Numbered from the stretch's first letter, positions 7,146 through 14,746 are shown. The stretch is DNA of 32,000 nucleotides from Candidatus Saccharimonadota bacterium (GCA_016699205.1 CP064964.1:360001-392000), one strand, 5' to 3'. Numbers and translations: made by a program. The notes: a model not told the origin generated them from the letters alone.

Positions 7146-8279
7146 ATGTCCAAACGTATTGTCATTATCGGAGGCGGTTTTGCTGGATTACGTGCCGCGG
7201 GCTTGCTCGCTAAACGCGGTAACGATTTCAAGGTCATCTTGATTGACATGCGCCACGAGTTTACATTCTCGCCTTGGCTTATCGACGCATTAGCGGGTGA
7301 AAAATCAGCCAAAGAATACACGATCGACCTTGAAACGATTTCAAAACGCGATGGCTTTACCTTTATTCAGGGTGTTGCGAACCGTATCGATCGAGAGGCA
7401 AAAACGGTCGATGTCCAGGATGAGAAAGAGATGCGCAGCATCGGTTATGATTGCCTGATTAATTGCCCTGGCGCAAAGACGGCCTACTATAATATTCCAG
7501 GCGCTAAAGAGCATTCATTGCCGCTTAAAACGACTGATGATGTCAGTGTCATTCATCAGCGCATCGAGGATTTGGTTGCCAAAGGAACGGCTCTCAATAT
7601 CGCTGTTGTAGGAGCGGGTCCAAGCGGCGTTGAAAGCCTGTTTGCGTTGCGATCCTTTGTGGATCAAGCCTGTGCAAAAGCCGGAAAGCCAGAAATAGCC
7701 AAGGCTTCCGCCTTTAGTCTCGTGCAGGGAGCTCCGCAAATCTTGCCCGGATTCCCAAATACGATTGTCGATGGATCGATGCGCGAGCTGGGCGCCAAGG
7801 GTTTTCGCGTGTATCTCGGTGAACCCGTGTCGGAAGTAACCAGTGAAGTTGTCAAAACGAGCAAGGGCTCCGTTATTCCAGCGAATCTTGTCTTGTGGTG
7901 TGCCGGCATTGAAGCGAATCTCGTTCCTGTTGAGCCGACCGTGATCGCGGATCGGGCTGGGTATGCCATCGATAGAAACTTAGCGATTGAACCAATGGTC
8001 TTTTCCGGCGGTGATGCCGCGAATTACAAGGAAACGAATGTCGTTATCCCCAAGAATGCACAGACCGCTATGCCGATGGGTCTGTGTTTGGCAGAAAATG
8101 CCGCTCGAGCTTGCCAGGATTTGCCACCCATCAACTTTACGTATGCCAATCGAGGTAACTTGATTCGTTTGGGTGAAACAGGTTTCTTGGATTTTCGCTT
8201 ATTTTGCGTAAAAACATCACTTGCACCACGCATTCGTAATTGGTTTTATAAGATACGCTTCACACAAATGGATAGCTAA
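7146..8279 (+). CDS. ndh: NDH-2-like FAD-dependent pyridine nucleotide-disulfide oxidoreductase
   Basis: 377 aa; two dinucleotide folds (IVIIGGGFAGL, IAVVGAGPSGVE); GGDAA motif near the C-terminus; overall NDH-2 layout. Confidence 0.7.
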   Translation: MSKRIVIIGGGFAGLRAAGLLAKRGNDFKVILIDMRHEFTFSPWLIDALAGEKSAKEYTIDLETISKRDGFTFIQGVANRIDREAKTVDVQDEKEMRSIGYDCLINCPGAKTAYYNIPGAKEHSLPLKTTDDVSVIHQRIEDLVAKGTALNIAVVGAGPSGVESLFALRSFVDQACAKAGKPEIAKASAFSLVQGAPQILPGFPNTIVDGSMRELGAKGFRVYLGEPVSEVTSEVVKTSKGSVIPANLVLWCAGIEANLVPVEPTVIADRAGYAIDRNLAIEPMVFSGGDAANYKETNVVIPKNAQTAMPMGLCLAENAARACQDLPPINFTYANRGNLIRLGETGFLDFRLFCVKTSLAPRIRNWFYKIRFTQMDS

Positions 8280-8321
8280 ACTATCCACAGGGAAAAATTT
8301 ATAGAATTTTTATGCTCGGCA

Positions 8322-8330
8322 TGCTATTTT
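8322..8330 (+). promoter_or_regulatory. extended -10 promoter (TGcTATTTT), 6 nt before ATG 8337
   Basis: TGCTATTTT then ATCTGC then ATG; no SD. Confidence 0.35.
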
Positions 8331-8336
8331 ATCTGC

Positions 8337-10487
8337 ATGAAATCGATCTTCTTAAGGTTGCTCTTGGTATTAGGTTCCCTCGTTTCTTGGCTAGCATTTC
8401 CACTACTCGCTTGGGCCATGTCAGCGACGAATGTCCAGCCGGCAAACCTTGTAAAAAGCAACCGTACGACGGTGACACTCACCTTCACGATTGCTGCATC
8501 TCTTCCGGCTGACGGAAAGGTAAAGACCATCTTCCCAGCAGGCTTTTCCGTTGCTTCGGCATCAAATGGAACATGCTCAACGATGAACGGCGGATTCTTC
8601 ACATCTGTTTCCGGTCAAACCGTTACCATTACACGTGATGGGAGCGGAACATTGGAACCGGTAGGTGCGCAGACCTGCACAATCAGCAATATCTCCAATC
8701 CTTCATCAACGGGGAGTGCTGGGCTATACACCATCCAAATCACAAACTCCTCCGATACCGTGCTCGACCAGGATACCGCTGTCACCGCAGACACGATCGT
8801 TGCGACTGGAACAATCTCCGTTACAAACGTTATTCCGGAAAATCAAGTCGCGAATACCGTTAGCCGCTACACAGCAAACTTCACCACCGTTAACAATCTG
8901 AGCGCCGATGGGCGGATTAAACTCACATTTCCCCCTGGTTTTGATGTTTCCGGTGCTCATAGCCCTCACTGTTCCACAATGGATGGTGCTTTTTCAGTTT
9001 CAACATCCGGGCAAGACGTCTTGATTTCTCGTAGTGCGACGGGGACCTCGCAGCCTGGAGCCGCTGAATCGTGCTTTGTTCGCGGTATTAAAGCGCCAGC
9101 AGACCCCACAACGAACGCTGGCGCGTACGCCATCGAGACGCAAGACGGTTTAGGTAATCCGACCGACTCTACATCCACCATTCTTGGCGATTCCTTTTTT
9201 GCTTCAACAACGCTTACAACCACCAATGTTGCCCCTGCCTCACTTATCGCCGGCGCCGTTACCCTCAATACCATCACATTTACAACGGTAACAACGACGC
9301 CGATTGGCGCCAAAATTCGTATCACCTACCCGAGCGGCTTCACTCTTCAGTCCACATCAACAGCCGACTGTACAACGATCGCCGGAACGGAAACCACGAG
9401 CATTACTGGCAATATCATCACGATACAGACAAATATCACAGCCGGTGAAGCCGCTGGCGCCGAAAGCTGTACGCTCACTGGCGTCATGAATCCCACGGTA
9501 AGCGGTTCAACCGGCGTTTACTCAATCGAAGTACTCGATGAATCAACGGATAATAATGTTGTTGCAAGCAATCTTGCGGTAACAGCGGACACGATCACGC
9601 CGGGCACGCTTACCGCGACGGACATCGCACCGGAAAATCTTGTCACGAGCTCAACGCAGTTACATACGGTTCTTTTTACGACCGTAAACCCGATCCCAGC
9701 AGACGGAAAAATCATCATCTCGTATAACGCCGGATTCTCCACTACCTCATCCAATAGCGCTACTTGTTCCGGCCTCGATGGATCGATTACGACGACAACG
9801 AGCACAAACCAAATTATTCTTACACGATCCGGCGGAACAACGTCGACTGCTGGCGGCTCTGTGGAATGTCTGATTCGCGATGTCAGAAATCGACAAACGG
9901 CCGGCGCGAGCGGTTTTTACAATGTAACAACGACGAATGCAGCGATGACAGCGATTGATTGGGCGCCCGTAGCCGCCGATACCTATATCGCTCCGGTAGC
10001 GCTTACCGCTGGCAATGTTCAGCCTGTCAGCCTTGTACAAAGCGTGATCAATGACCACGATATCGAGTTCACTTCAAGCGTAAACATCCCGCAGGAAGCC
10101 GTGATCCGTATTACGTATGGCGCTGGTTTTAACCTTACAGGAGCCGCGAGCAGCTCCTGCGCCGGAATTGATGGCGACTTGAGTATGAGTACAAGCGGCC
10201 AAACACTTATTCTCACACGAAACGCCTCTGGAACAACTATTGGTGCGTCCGCGAGAACTTGCCGCGTGCTTGGTATTAGGAATCCGACTACAGCAGGTTC
10301 AACCGGCACTTATACCATCACCGTCTTTGATAAAAGCGGTGTCGTGATGGGTACGGTTGCGGCTACCGCAGATACCATCACTGTTCCAGGCACGCTCACC
10401 GCTCCCGATGTCAGTCCGGCGAGCCTTGTTTCGGCAACATTGATCCTGACACACTTCTTGTTGGTGCAACGGGGACAGCCAGCCTAA
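8337..10487 (+). CDS. secreted tandem-repeat surface protein, N-terminal part (signal peptide plus repeats 1-5 and start of 6)
   Basis: Signal peptide MKSIFLRLLLVLGSLVSWLAFPLLAWA; ~131-aa repeats start at about 8421, 8814, 9213, 9609, 10002 and 10395; the frame is lost after DVSPASLV and ends at TAA 10485. Confidence 0.8.
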   Translation: MKSIFLRLLLVLGSLVSWLAFPLLAWAMSATNVQPANLVKSNRTTVTLTFTIAASLPADGKVKTIFPAGFSVASASNGTCSTMNGGFFTSVSGQTVTITRDGSGTLEPVGAQTCTISNISNPSSTGSAGLYTIQITNSSDTVLDQDTAVTADTIVATGTISVTNVIPENQVANTVSRYTANFTTVNNLSADGRIKLTFPPGFDVSGAHSPHCSTMDGAFSVSTSGQDVLISRSATGTSQPGAAESCFVRGIKAPADPTTNAGAYAIETQDGLGNPTDSTSTILGDSFFASTTLTTTNVAPASLIAGAVTLNTITFTTVTTTPIGAKIRITYPSGFTLQSTSTADCTTIAGTETTSITGNIITIQTNITAGEAAGAESCTLTGVMNPTVSGSTGVYSIEVLDESTDNNVVASNLAVTADTITPGTLTATDIAPENLVTSSTQLHTVLFTTVNPIPADGKIIISYNAGFSTTSSNSATCSGLDGSITTTTSTNQIILTRSGGTTSTAGGSVECLIRDVRNRQTAGASGFYNVTTTNAAMTAIDWAPVAADTYIAPVALTAGNVQPVSLVQSVINDHDIEFTSSVNIPQEAVIRITYGAGFNLTGAASSSCAGIDGDLSMSTSGQTLILTRNASGTTIGASARTCRVLGIRNPTTAGSTGTYTITVFDKSGVVMGTVAATADTITVPGTLTAPDVSPASLVSATLILTHFLLVQRGQPA

Positions 10488-11218
10488 CCTTGAGTGCAAC
10501 GAACCGTATTCCGCAAGATGGAAAATTTGATATATCATTCCCTGCCGGCTACTACATCGGCGCCGTTGCAACGAGCACGATCTCTTGTAGCGGCTTAACT
10601 GGCACACTCACCTATTCTGTCTCGGGACAGACCATAACAGCGCTACGCGTTGGCGGCACCACATCGACGGAGAGCCCTTCCATCTCCTGCTTGATCCCAG
10701 ATGTCCGAAACCCATTAATCAGCGGTTCTGCTGGAACTTACTCATTGCGCACCAAGTCTTTTGGCGATATCACCATCGACGAGAACACCGCCATCTCCGC
10801 GGACAGCTTCTCTTCTTCCGGGACACTTACTTCCACGAACGTTCAGCCGACAAGCCTTGCTGTTAACGCAACAACTAACAACACGATTAGCTTTACTCAA
10901 GCGCTTGGTATTCCAGCGAGCGGCACCATTCAAGTCACCTATCCTGCAAGCTTTGTATTGTCCTCCGTTTCAGGCGCCTCATGCTCAAGCTTGGACGGCA
11001 CTATTACAGCCAGTGTAAGCAGCACAACTGTTATTCTCACCCGTTCCGGAGGCACAGCTGAACCTGCCGGACCCCAAACCTGTACGATCACGGGCGTGAA
11101 AAATCCATCAGGCGCAGGGTCTGCTGGTACTTACGGAATTGCTACCTATACATCTGACGACCTGCTGATCGAGCAAGATGCGTCCGTGTCAGCAGATACC
11201 TTTACTAGCGGCTCGACG
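8421..11218 (+). repeat. seven tandem coding repeats, period ~393-399 nt (~131-133 aa)
   Basis: Each unit: (L)T.TNV.P..L...(16 aa)..(I/L)P.DG.I.I.(F/Y)P.GF...C(S/T)..(D/N)G....SGQ...(I/L).R.....C.(I/V)..(I/V).NP...G(S/T).G.Y.(I/L)....AD(T/S). Diverged at nucleotide level. Confidence 0.85.
10425..10456 (+). other. 32-nt insertion or local duplication bounded by CTTGTT direct repeats, splitting the surface-protein gene
   Basis: CTTGTT at 10425-10430 and 10457-10462. Deleting 10425..10456 gives ...PASLVGATGTASLTLSATNRIP..., in frame and at almost the spacing seen in the other repeats (15 residues between the SLV motif and IP, against 16-17). Confidence 0.6.
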
Positions 11219-12154
11219 AGCGGCGGTGGAGGCGGAGGCGGAGGTTATAGCGGCCCGATTACCACCACCTTCCAGACATCAGGCGATACGACTGCTATTC
11301 GCGCTCAAATCGAGGCGCGCCTCAAAACACTACCAGTTGCCGTACATACACTGATCAAGCTGCCAGACGACAAGAACCCTAAGACGCAAGAAGACAGCGC
11401 CGTCTACTACGTGGGCGCTGATGGACTTCGTCACGCCTTCTCAAATAGCAAAACGTATTTTTCTTGGTACTGCGACTTTGGGGGCGTGCAGGTCGTCAAC
11501 GCCTCGACCATGGCCTCTATCGGACTGGGCAAGAATGTCCCCTATCGACCTGGCATGCGCTTGGTAAAATTTACGACTGACTCCAAGGTCTACATCGTAA
11601 CCAAGGGAGGTATTCTCCGAGCGATTCCAAGCGAAGCCTTTGCTAAACAACTCCTTGGAGACACGTGGAACAAGCAGATCGATGATATCTCCGATGCCTT
11701 CTACACGGATTACATTTTTGGAGCAGAAGCGGTCACGGTGAGTGAATTTACGCCTTCTGCGCTAGCAAAAACCGTTACCTATCCAAGCGATAGTTTGCGT
11801 ATCATCGGAAATACGGAGAGCGGGGTTCTTACGAGCTTACCGGTCTGCTCGACCAACTCCCCCGCCGCTTCCCAGCCGAGTACCTCAGCATTCAAGCGTC
11901 CGACCACCATTCCATCCGGCTTCACCTTCACGACAAATCTCTCAACCGCTTCACCCTCATCAACAGAGATCCGCTATCTCCAATACGTTCTTATCGCTCT
12001 GGGTAGCACGATCTATCCCGAGCAGCGGTCAACCGGGAACTTTGGTCCAGCTACGGAAGCTGCCCTCAAAAACTTCCAGCGAGCAAATGGGATTGAAGCT
12101 AGTGGTCAAACAGATGCGGCGACACGCAACAAACTCAATGCATTAATCAAATAA
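10490..12154 (+). CDS. same surface protein, C-terminal part (rest of repeat 6, repeat 7, Gly8 linker, middle domain, PG_binding_1 domain)
   Basis: Frame is open from 10334 and continues the repeat (LTLSATNRIPQDGKFDISFPAGY). It has no signal peptide of its own and only a TTG start. Gly8 at 11222-11245. C-terminal EIRYLQYVLIALG...GNFGPATEAALKNFQRANGIEASGQTDAATRNKL resembles PG_binding_1. Confidence 0.75.
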   Translation: MSATNRIPQDGKFDISFPAGYYIGAVATSTISCSGLTGTLTYSVSGQTITALRVGGTTSTESPSISCLIPDVRNPLISGSAGTYSLRTKSFGDITIDENTAISADSFSSSGTLTSTNVQPTSLAVNATTNNTISFTQALGIPASGTIQVTYPASFVLSSVSGASCSSLDGTITASVSSTTVILTRSGGTAEPAGPQTCTITGVKNPSGAGSAGTYGIATYTSDDLLIEQDASVSADTFTSGSTSGGGGGGGGYSGPITTTFQTSGDTTAIRAQIEARLKTLPVAVHTLIKLPDDKNPKTQEDSAVYYVGADGLRHAFSNSKTYFSWYCDFGGVQVVNASTMASIGLGKNVPYRPGMRLVKFTTDSKVYIVTKGGILRAIPSEAFAKQLLGDTWNKQIDDISDAFYTDYIFGAEAVTVSEFTPSALAKTVTYPSDSLRIIGNTESGVLTSLPVCSTNSPAASQPSTSAFKRPTTIPSGFTFTTNLSTASPSSTEIRYLQYVLIALGSTIYPEQRSTGNFGPATEAALKNFQRANGIEASGQTDAATRNKLNALIK

Positions 12155-12155
12155 C

Positions 12156-12183
12156 AAAAACTCCCGCCTAGGCGGGAGTTTTT
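12156..12183. terminator. bidirectional rho-independent terminator
   Basis: AAAAA-CTCCCGCC-TA-GGCGGGAG-TTTTT between convergent genes; the nadR TAG stop (12168-12170) spans the end of the left stem arm and the 2-nt loop. Confidence 0.7.
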
Positions 12184-13205
12184 GTTTGCAGGAGACGATC
12201 GACGGCTTTGCAGGCTTGATCAAATCGCTGCTGCCAGTTGCCAGAAATTTTTACGAATGGGCGGCCTCGGCGGATCAATTCCATTTCCAGCCACTTATGA
12301 TGCGCTTCGCGCTTTTCTTGCTCGGGCATCGCGCGTTGATGATCATCGACCCAAGGCGTGTCGGGCGATAAGAGGATGTAGAGATCATATTTGCGGCGCT
12401 CGGCTTCTGTCGCAATCCAGTCAGGGCATTTACCGAAGAAGAAATCGGACCAGTAAACCGTTGTAATGAGATCGGTGTCGCAGAATAGGAGACGGTTGGC
12501 TCGGCGGGCCATCGCGTCTTCCGTAACGATTTGCCCGCGGGCAATGGTTGCGATGTCTTCTTCACGAACTTCACCTGGTTTATATCCGCGATTTGCTACA
12601 TATTCATCGAGGAGACGGCGGGCGTATTCATCGACAAAAGGCGTTTCGTATTTCTCTGCCAAGAGTTTGGCCATGGTTGATTTTCCGACCGATTCCGGAC
12701 CAACGAGACAGACACGTTTTACAAAGTAAGGCCGAACAACGGAAGGAATATATTTCCAGTTCTCCATCGGATCGGTGCGTACGGCGGTTCCGGAAACAGG
12801 TACCAGGTCGCGCAAGCGGTTTACCGGGATATATTGGATTCCCATTTTTTCTGCCATCTTCCAGCCGTAGTCCTCGGAACCAAAGAGGGCGTCGAATTCT
12901 TCATCGGGGCAATGGCGCTTGATGCTGCCGTTCCAAATCGACCAAAAGTTTGGGTCCTCGGAAGGATCTTGCGGAATATCGATGTAGTGGTGGACGACAT
13001 TGGCCGCGGGAAACATTTCTTTCACCCATTGGAAGCGCACCTCGCCCGGGATCGGCTCTGTCGGGAGCGAGCAGACGAGGATCGTAAGACGCTGGCACGA
13101 TTGCTGTGCAAAACGAAGGAGATGGATGTGGCCGTCATGCAACGGCATGAATTTTCCAAAGACGAGGCCGGAGCCAAGCTTTTTTCCCGGGATCATTTTT
13201 TCCAT
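12168..13205 (-). CDS. nadR: NadR-type NMN adenylyltransferase / ribosylnicotinamide kinase (no HTH domain)
   Basis: Track ORF 12168..13313; likely start ATG 13205, 1 nt after the pnuC stop. GKFMPLHDGH nucleotidyltransferase motif; Walker A GPESVGKST in the C-terminal kinase half. Confidence 0.8.
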   Translation of the reverse strand: MEKMIPGKKLGSGLVFGKFMPLHDGHIHLLRFAQQSCQRLTILVCSLPTEPIPGEVRFQWVKEMFPAANVVHHYIDIPQDPSEDPNFWSIWNGSIKRHCPDEEFDALFGSEDYGWKMAEKMGIQYIPVNRLRDLVPVSGTAVRTDPMENWKYIPSVVRPYFVKRVCLVGPESVGKSTMAKLLAEKYETPFVDEYARRLLDEYVANRGYKPGEVREEDIATIARGQIVTEDAMARRANRLLFCDTDLITTVYWSDFFFGKCPDWIATEAERRKYDLYILLSPDTPWVDDHQRAMPEQEKREAHHKWLEMELIRRGRPFVKISGNWQQRFDQACKAVDRLLQTKTPA

Positions 13206-13206
13206 A

Positions 13207-13887
13207 TTAGGTGGTAGGATAGGCGACTTCAGGAGCTTTGGCGTGACGATCGAGGGCGCGTTTCCAGGCGATAAGGCCCGAGACAGCCAAAACGAGGAAA
13301 ACAACGTATTCAAGGGCGATAAACTTCACATCTTTCACGTAATAGAGCCCGATGCCGATGATGTCGACGAGGATCCAGAGATACCAGCATTCAAGTTTTT
13401 TCTGAGCCATCAATATGGTAGCTGCAAAGCTCATGACGGTTGTGAAGGAATCGAGGTATGGGTAATCCGCTGGGACTGTGAAAAGCGAAGGGAGGAGCGT
13501 ATGGATCTGAGCCATCAATGAGCCGAGGACCAAGGTTCCAATCGCGATAGCCGCAACATAGATTACGTTCTCGCGAGTTGAAGCTCGTAGCACCTTTAAG
13601 CCCTTGCCCGTCTCCCCTGCTTTTACCTGCGTCCACGCCCACCAGCCGTAGAATCCAGTAACGAAGAAGTACGCTTGTTCCACCATGTCTGAGTAGAGCT
13701 GGATTTGATAGAACAAGATGAAAAAGAGAATTACGGCGACGATGCCGACTGGCCAGCTGAGCACCTTGCGCTTGGCTGTCAGATAGACCGACCAAATATT
13801 GAGGATGGTTCCGAAGAACTCCAGATAGCTCATCGGGTAGCCCATGAAGGTGAAGAGCGTGGTGTCGATCGAGAAAAGATTTATCAT
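13207..13887 (-). CDS. pnuC: nicotinamide riboside transporter PnuC
   Basis: 226-aa polytopic ORF with a PnuC-like N-terminus (YLEFFGTILNIWSVYLTAKRKVLSWPVGI...GFYGWWAW). Confidence 0.85.
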   Translation of the reverse strand: MINLFSIDTTLFTFMGYPMSYLEFFGTILNIWSVYLTAKRKVLSWPVGIVAVILFFILFYQIQLYSDMVEQAYFFVTGFYGWWAWTQVKAGETGKGLKVLRASTRENVIYVAAIAIGTLVLGSLMAQIHTLLPSLFTVPADYPYLDSFTTVMSFAATILMAQKKLECWYLWILVDIIGIGLYYVKDVKFIALEYVVFLVLAVSGLIAWKRALDRHAKAPEVAYPTT

Positions 13888-13895
13888 ATGTGTAT

Positions 13896-13924
13896 AAATT
13901 ACACTAAGTATATTTCCATGTCAA
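13896..13924 (-). promoter_or_regulatory. sigma70-like promoter for pnuC-nadR
   Basis: Minus strand TTGACA (13919-13924), 17 nt spacer, TAATTT (13896-13901); only 8 nt to ATG 13887; no SD. Confidence 0.45.
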
Positions 13925-13939
13925 ACACTCTCCCTTGGG

Positions 13940-13968
13940 TTGACTCCCCGACCGCTTTTCCGTATCAT
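13940..13968 (+). promoter_or_regulatory. sigma70-like promoter for tRNA-Gln
   Basis: TTGACT (13940-13945), 17 nt spacer, TATCAT (13963-13968), 11 nt before the tRNA 5' end. Confidence 0.5.
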
Positions 13969-13979
13969 CTTGGCACCGT

Positions 13980-14053
13980 TCCGAGATCGTCTAACGGTAG
14001 GACTAATGCCTCTGGAGCATTGTATCTTGGTTCGAATCCAAGTCTCGGAGCCA
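13980..14053 (+). tRNA. tRNA-Gln (anticodon CUG), CCA encoded
   Basis: Hand-folded cloverleaf: acceptor TCCGAGA/TCTCGGA (U1-A72, G73), D stem GTCT/GGAC, anticodon stem AATGC/GCATT with loop CTCTGGA, T arm CTTGG-TTCGAAT-CCAAG. Confidence 0.85.
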
Positions 14054-14055
14054 TC

Positions 14056-14083
14056 AAAAACCCCGCCTAATGGCGGGGTTTTT
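14056..14083. terminator. bidirectional rho-independent terminator
   Basis: AAAAA-CCCCGCC-TAAT-GGCGGGG-TTTTT between tRNA-Gln (+) and stop 14096 (-). Confidence 0.7.
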
Positions 14084-14095
14084 GATTGTAGGTTT

Positions 14096-14569
14096 TTAGT
14101 TGCTAGGAAGTGTGTTGGTCGGAATGGCGGAACCTTCTACTGGCATGATCTTTTTCATCATCGCTTCAGCGGAAGGAGATTCTTGGGAGCCAAGTACTTT
14201 GTCGAGCTTGCCGTCGATGCGGCGCATGAGCTCTTTGAGCTCGGCGACGTCAGCGCGGGTGGCGTTCTGTCTGGACAAGGCTTCTGCCTGAGCGCTTTGC
14301 TGCGCTTCCACGGACTGGAACGCTACGGCACCCGTCACAACAAGGGCAAGCGAGGTGATGAGCGCAGCGGCCCACATGTGGGTAGAGCCGCGGGAAGCGA
14401 TGAATGCGTGATGGTCGCCGAGGCTCGAGACCGGACCAACGTATTTTACGCGGCAGGTCGGACCAGAGCAGCCTTCATGACTGCAGGTAGAGCCGGGTCC
14501 ACAAGGAGCCGGAGAGGCGGCGGCCTTCATAGAGCGGCGGCGGGGCTTGGTAACAGGAGCGTCGGACAT
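14096..14569 (-). CDS. hypothetical single-pass membrane protein with N-terminal Cys4 cluster
   Basis: 157 aa; CGPGSTCSHEGCSGPTC, one hydrophobic helix (MWAAALITSLALVVTGAVAF), predicted coiled-coil tail. Preferred over plus-strand ORF 13940..14602, which crosses the tRNA and terminator. Confidence 0.5.
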   Translation of the reverse strand: MSDAPVTKPRRRSMKAAASPAPCGPGSTCSHEGCSGPTCRVKYVGPVSSLGDHHAFIASRGSTHMWAAALITSLALVVTGAVAFQSVEAQQSAQAEALSRQNATRADVAELKELMRRIDGKLDKVLGSQESPSAEAMMKKIMPVEGSAIPTNTLPSN

Positions 14570-14612
14570 ACACGCGAAAGGACTTTGATTTTGATGATTT
14601 AGTTATGGCTGT

Positions 14613-14641
14613 ATTATACCATTCCAAACTTCCCCATGCAA
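14613..14641 (-). promoter_or_regulatory. promoter with extended -10 for 14096..14569
   Basis: Minus strand TTGCAT (14636-14641), 17 nt spacer, TATAAT (14613-18) preceded by TGG (TGgTATAAT). Confidence 0.45.
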
Positions 14642-14662
14642 AAACCCGCCTTATGGGCGGGT
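14639..14662 (-). terminator. rho-independent terminator after tRNA-Val
   Basis: Minus strand ACCCGCC-CATAA-GGCGGGT followed by TTTTT. Confidence 0.7.
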
Positions 14663-14669
14663 TCAAGCA

Positions 14670-14746
14670 TGGTGCGCGCACGTAGATTCGAACTACGGAC
14701 CTTCACAATGTCAATGTGACGCTCTAACCAACTGAGCTATGCGCGC
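14670..14746 (-). tRNA. tRNA-Val (anticodon GAC), CCA encoded
   Basis: Reverse complement GCGCGCA-TA-GCTC-AGTTGGTT-AGAGC-G-TCACA-TTGACAT-TGTGA-AGGTC-CGTAG-TTCGAAT-CTACG-TGCGCGC-A-CCA. Confidence 0.9.

Noticed and set aside
6916-7242. 108-aa plus-strand ORF containing VIPAKAGIQ and SRFHGNDI.
   Set aside because: It is a translation of the two intergenic palindromic repeats plus the 5' end of ndh in another frame. This is a classic spurious repeat-derived ORF.
8270-8286. GGATAG-CTAAA-CTATCC hairpin over the ndh stop as a terminator.
   Set aside because: The stem is only 6 bp and has no U-tract. That is insufficient evidence to call a terminator.
11222-11245. G-rich run GGCGGTGGAGGCGGAGGCGGAGGT as a possible low-complexity artefact or G-quadruplex.
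   Set aside because: It is in frame and uses mixed GGN codons to encode Gly8 exactly at the boundary between the repeat region and the next domain. It behaves as a flexible linker.
13940-14602. 220-aa plus-strand ORF.
   Set aside because: It runs straight through the tRNA-Gln gene and a strong terminator. The minus-strand ORF 14096..14569 has a promoter and a sensible membrane-protein layout.
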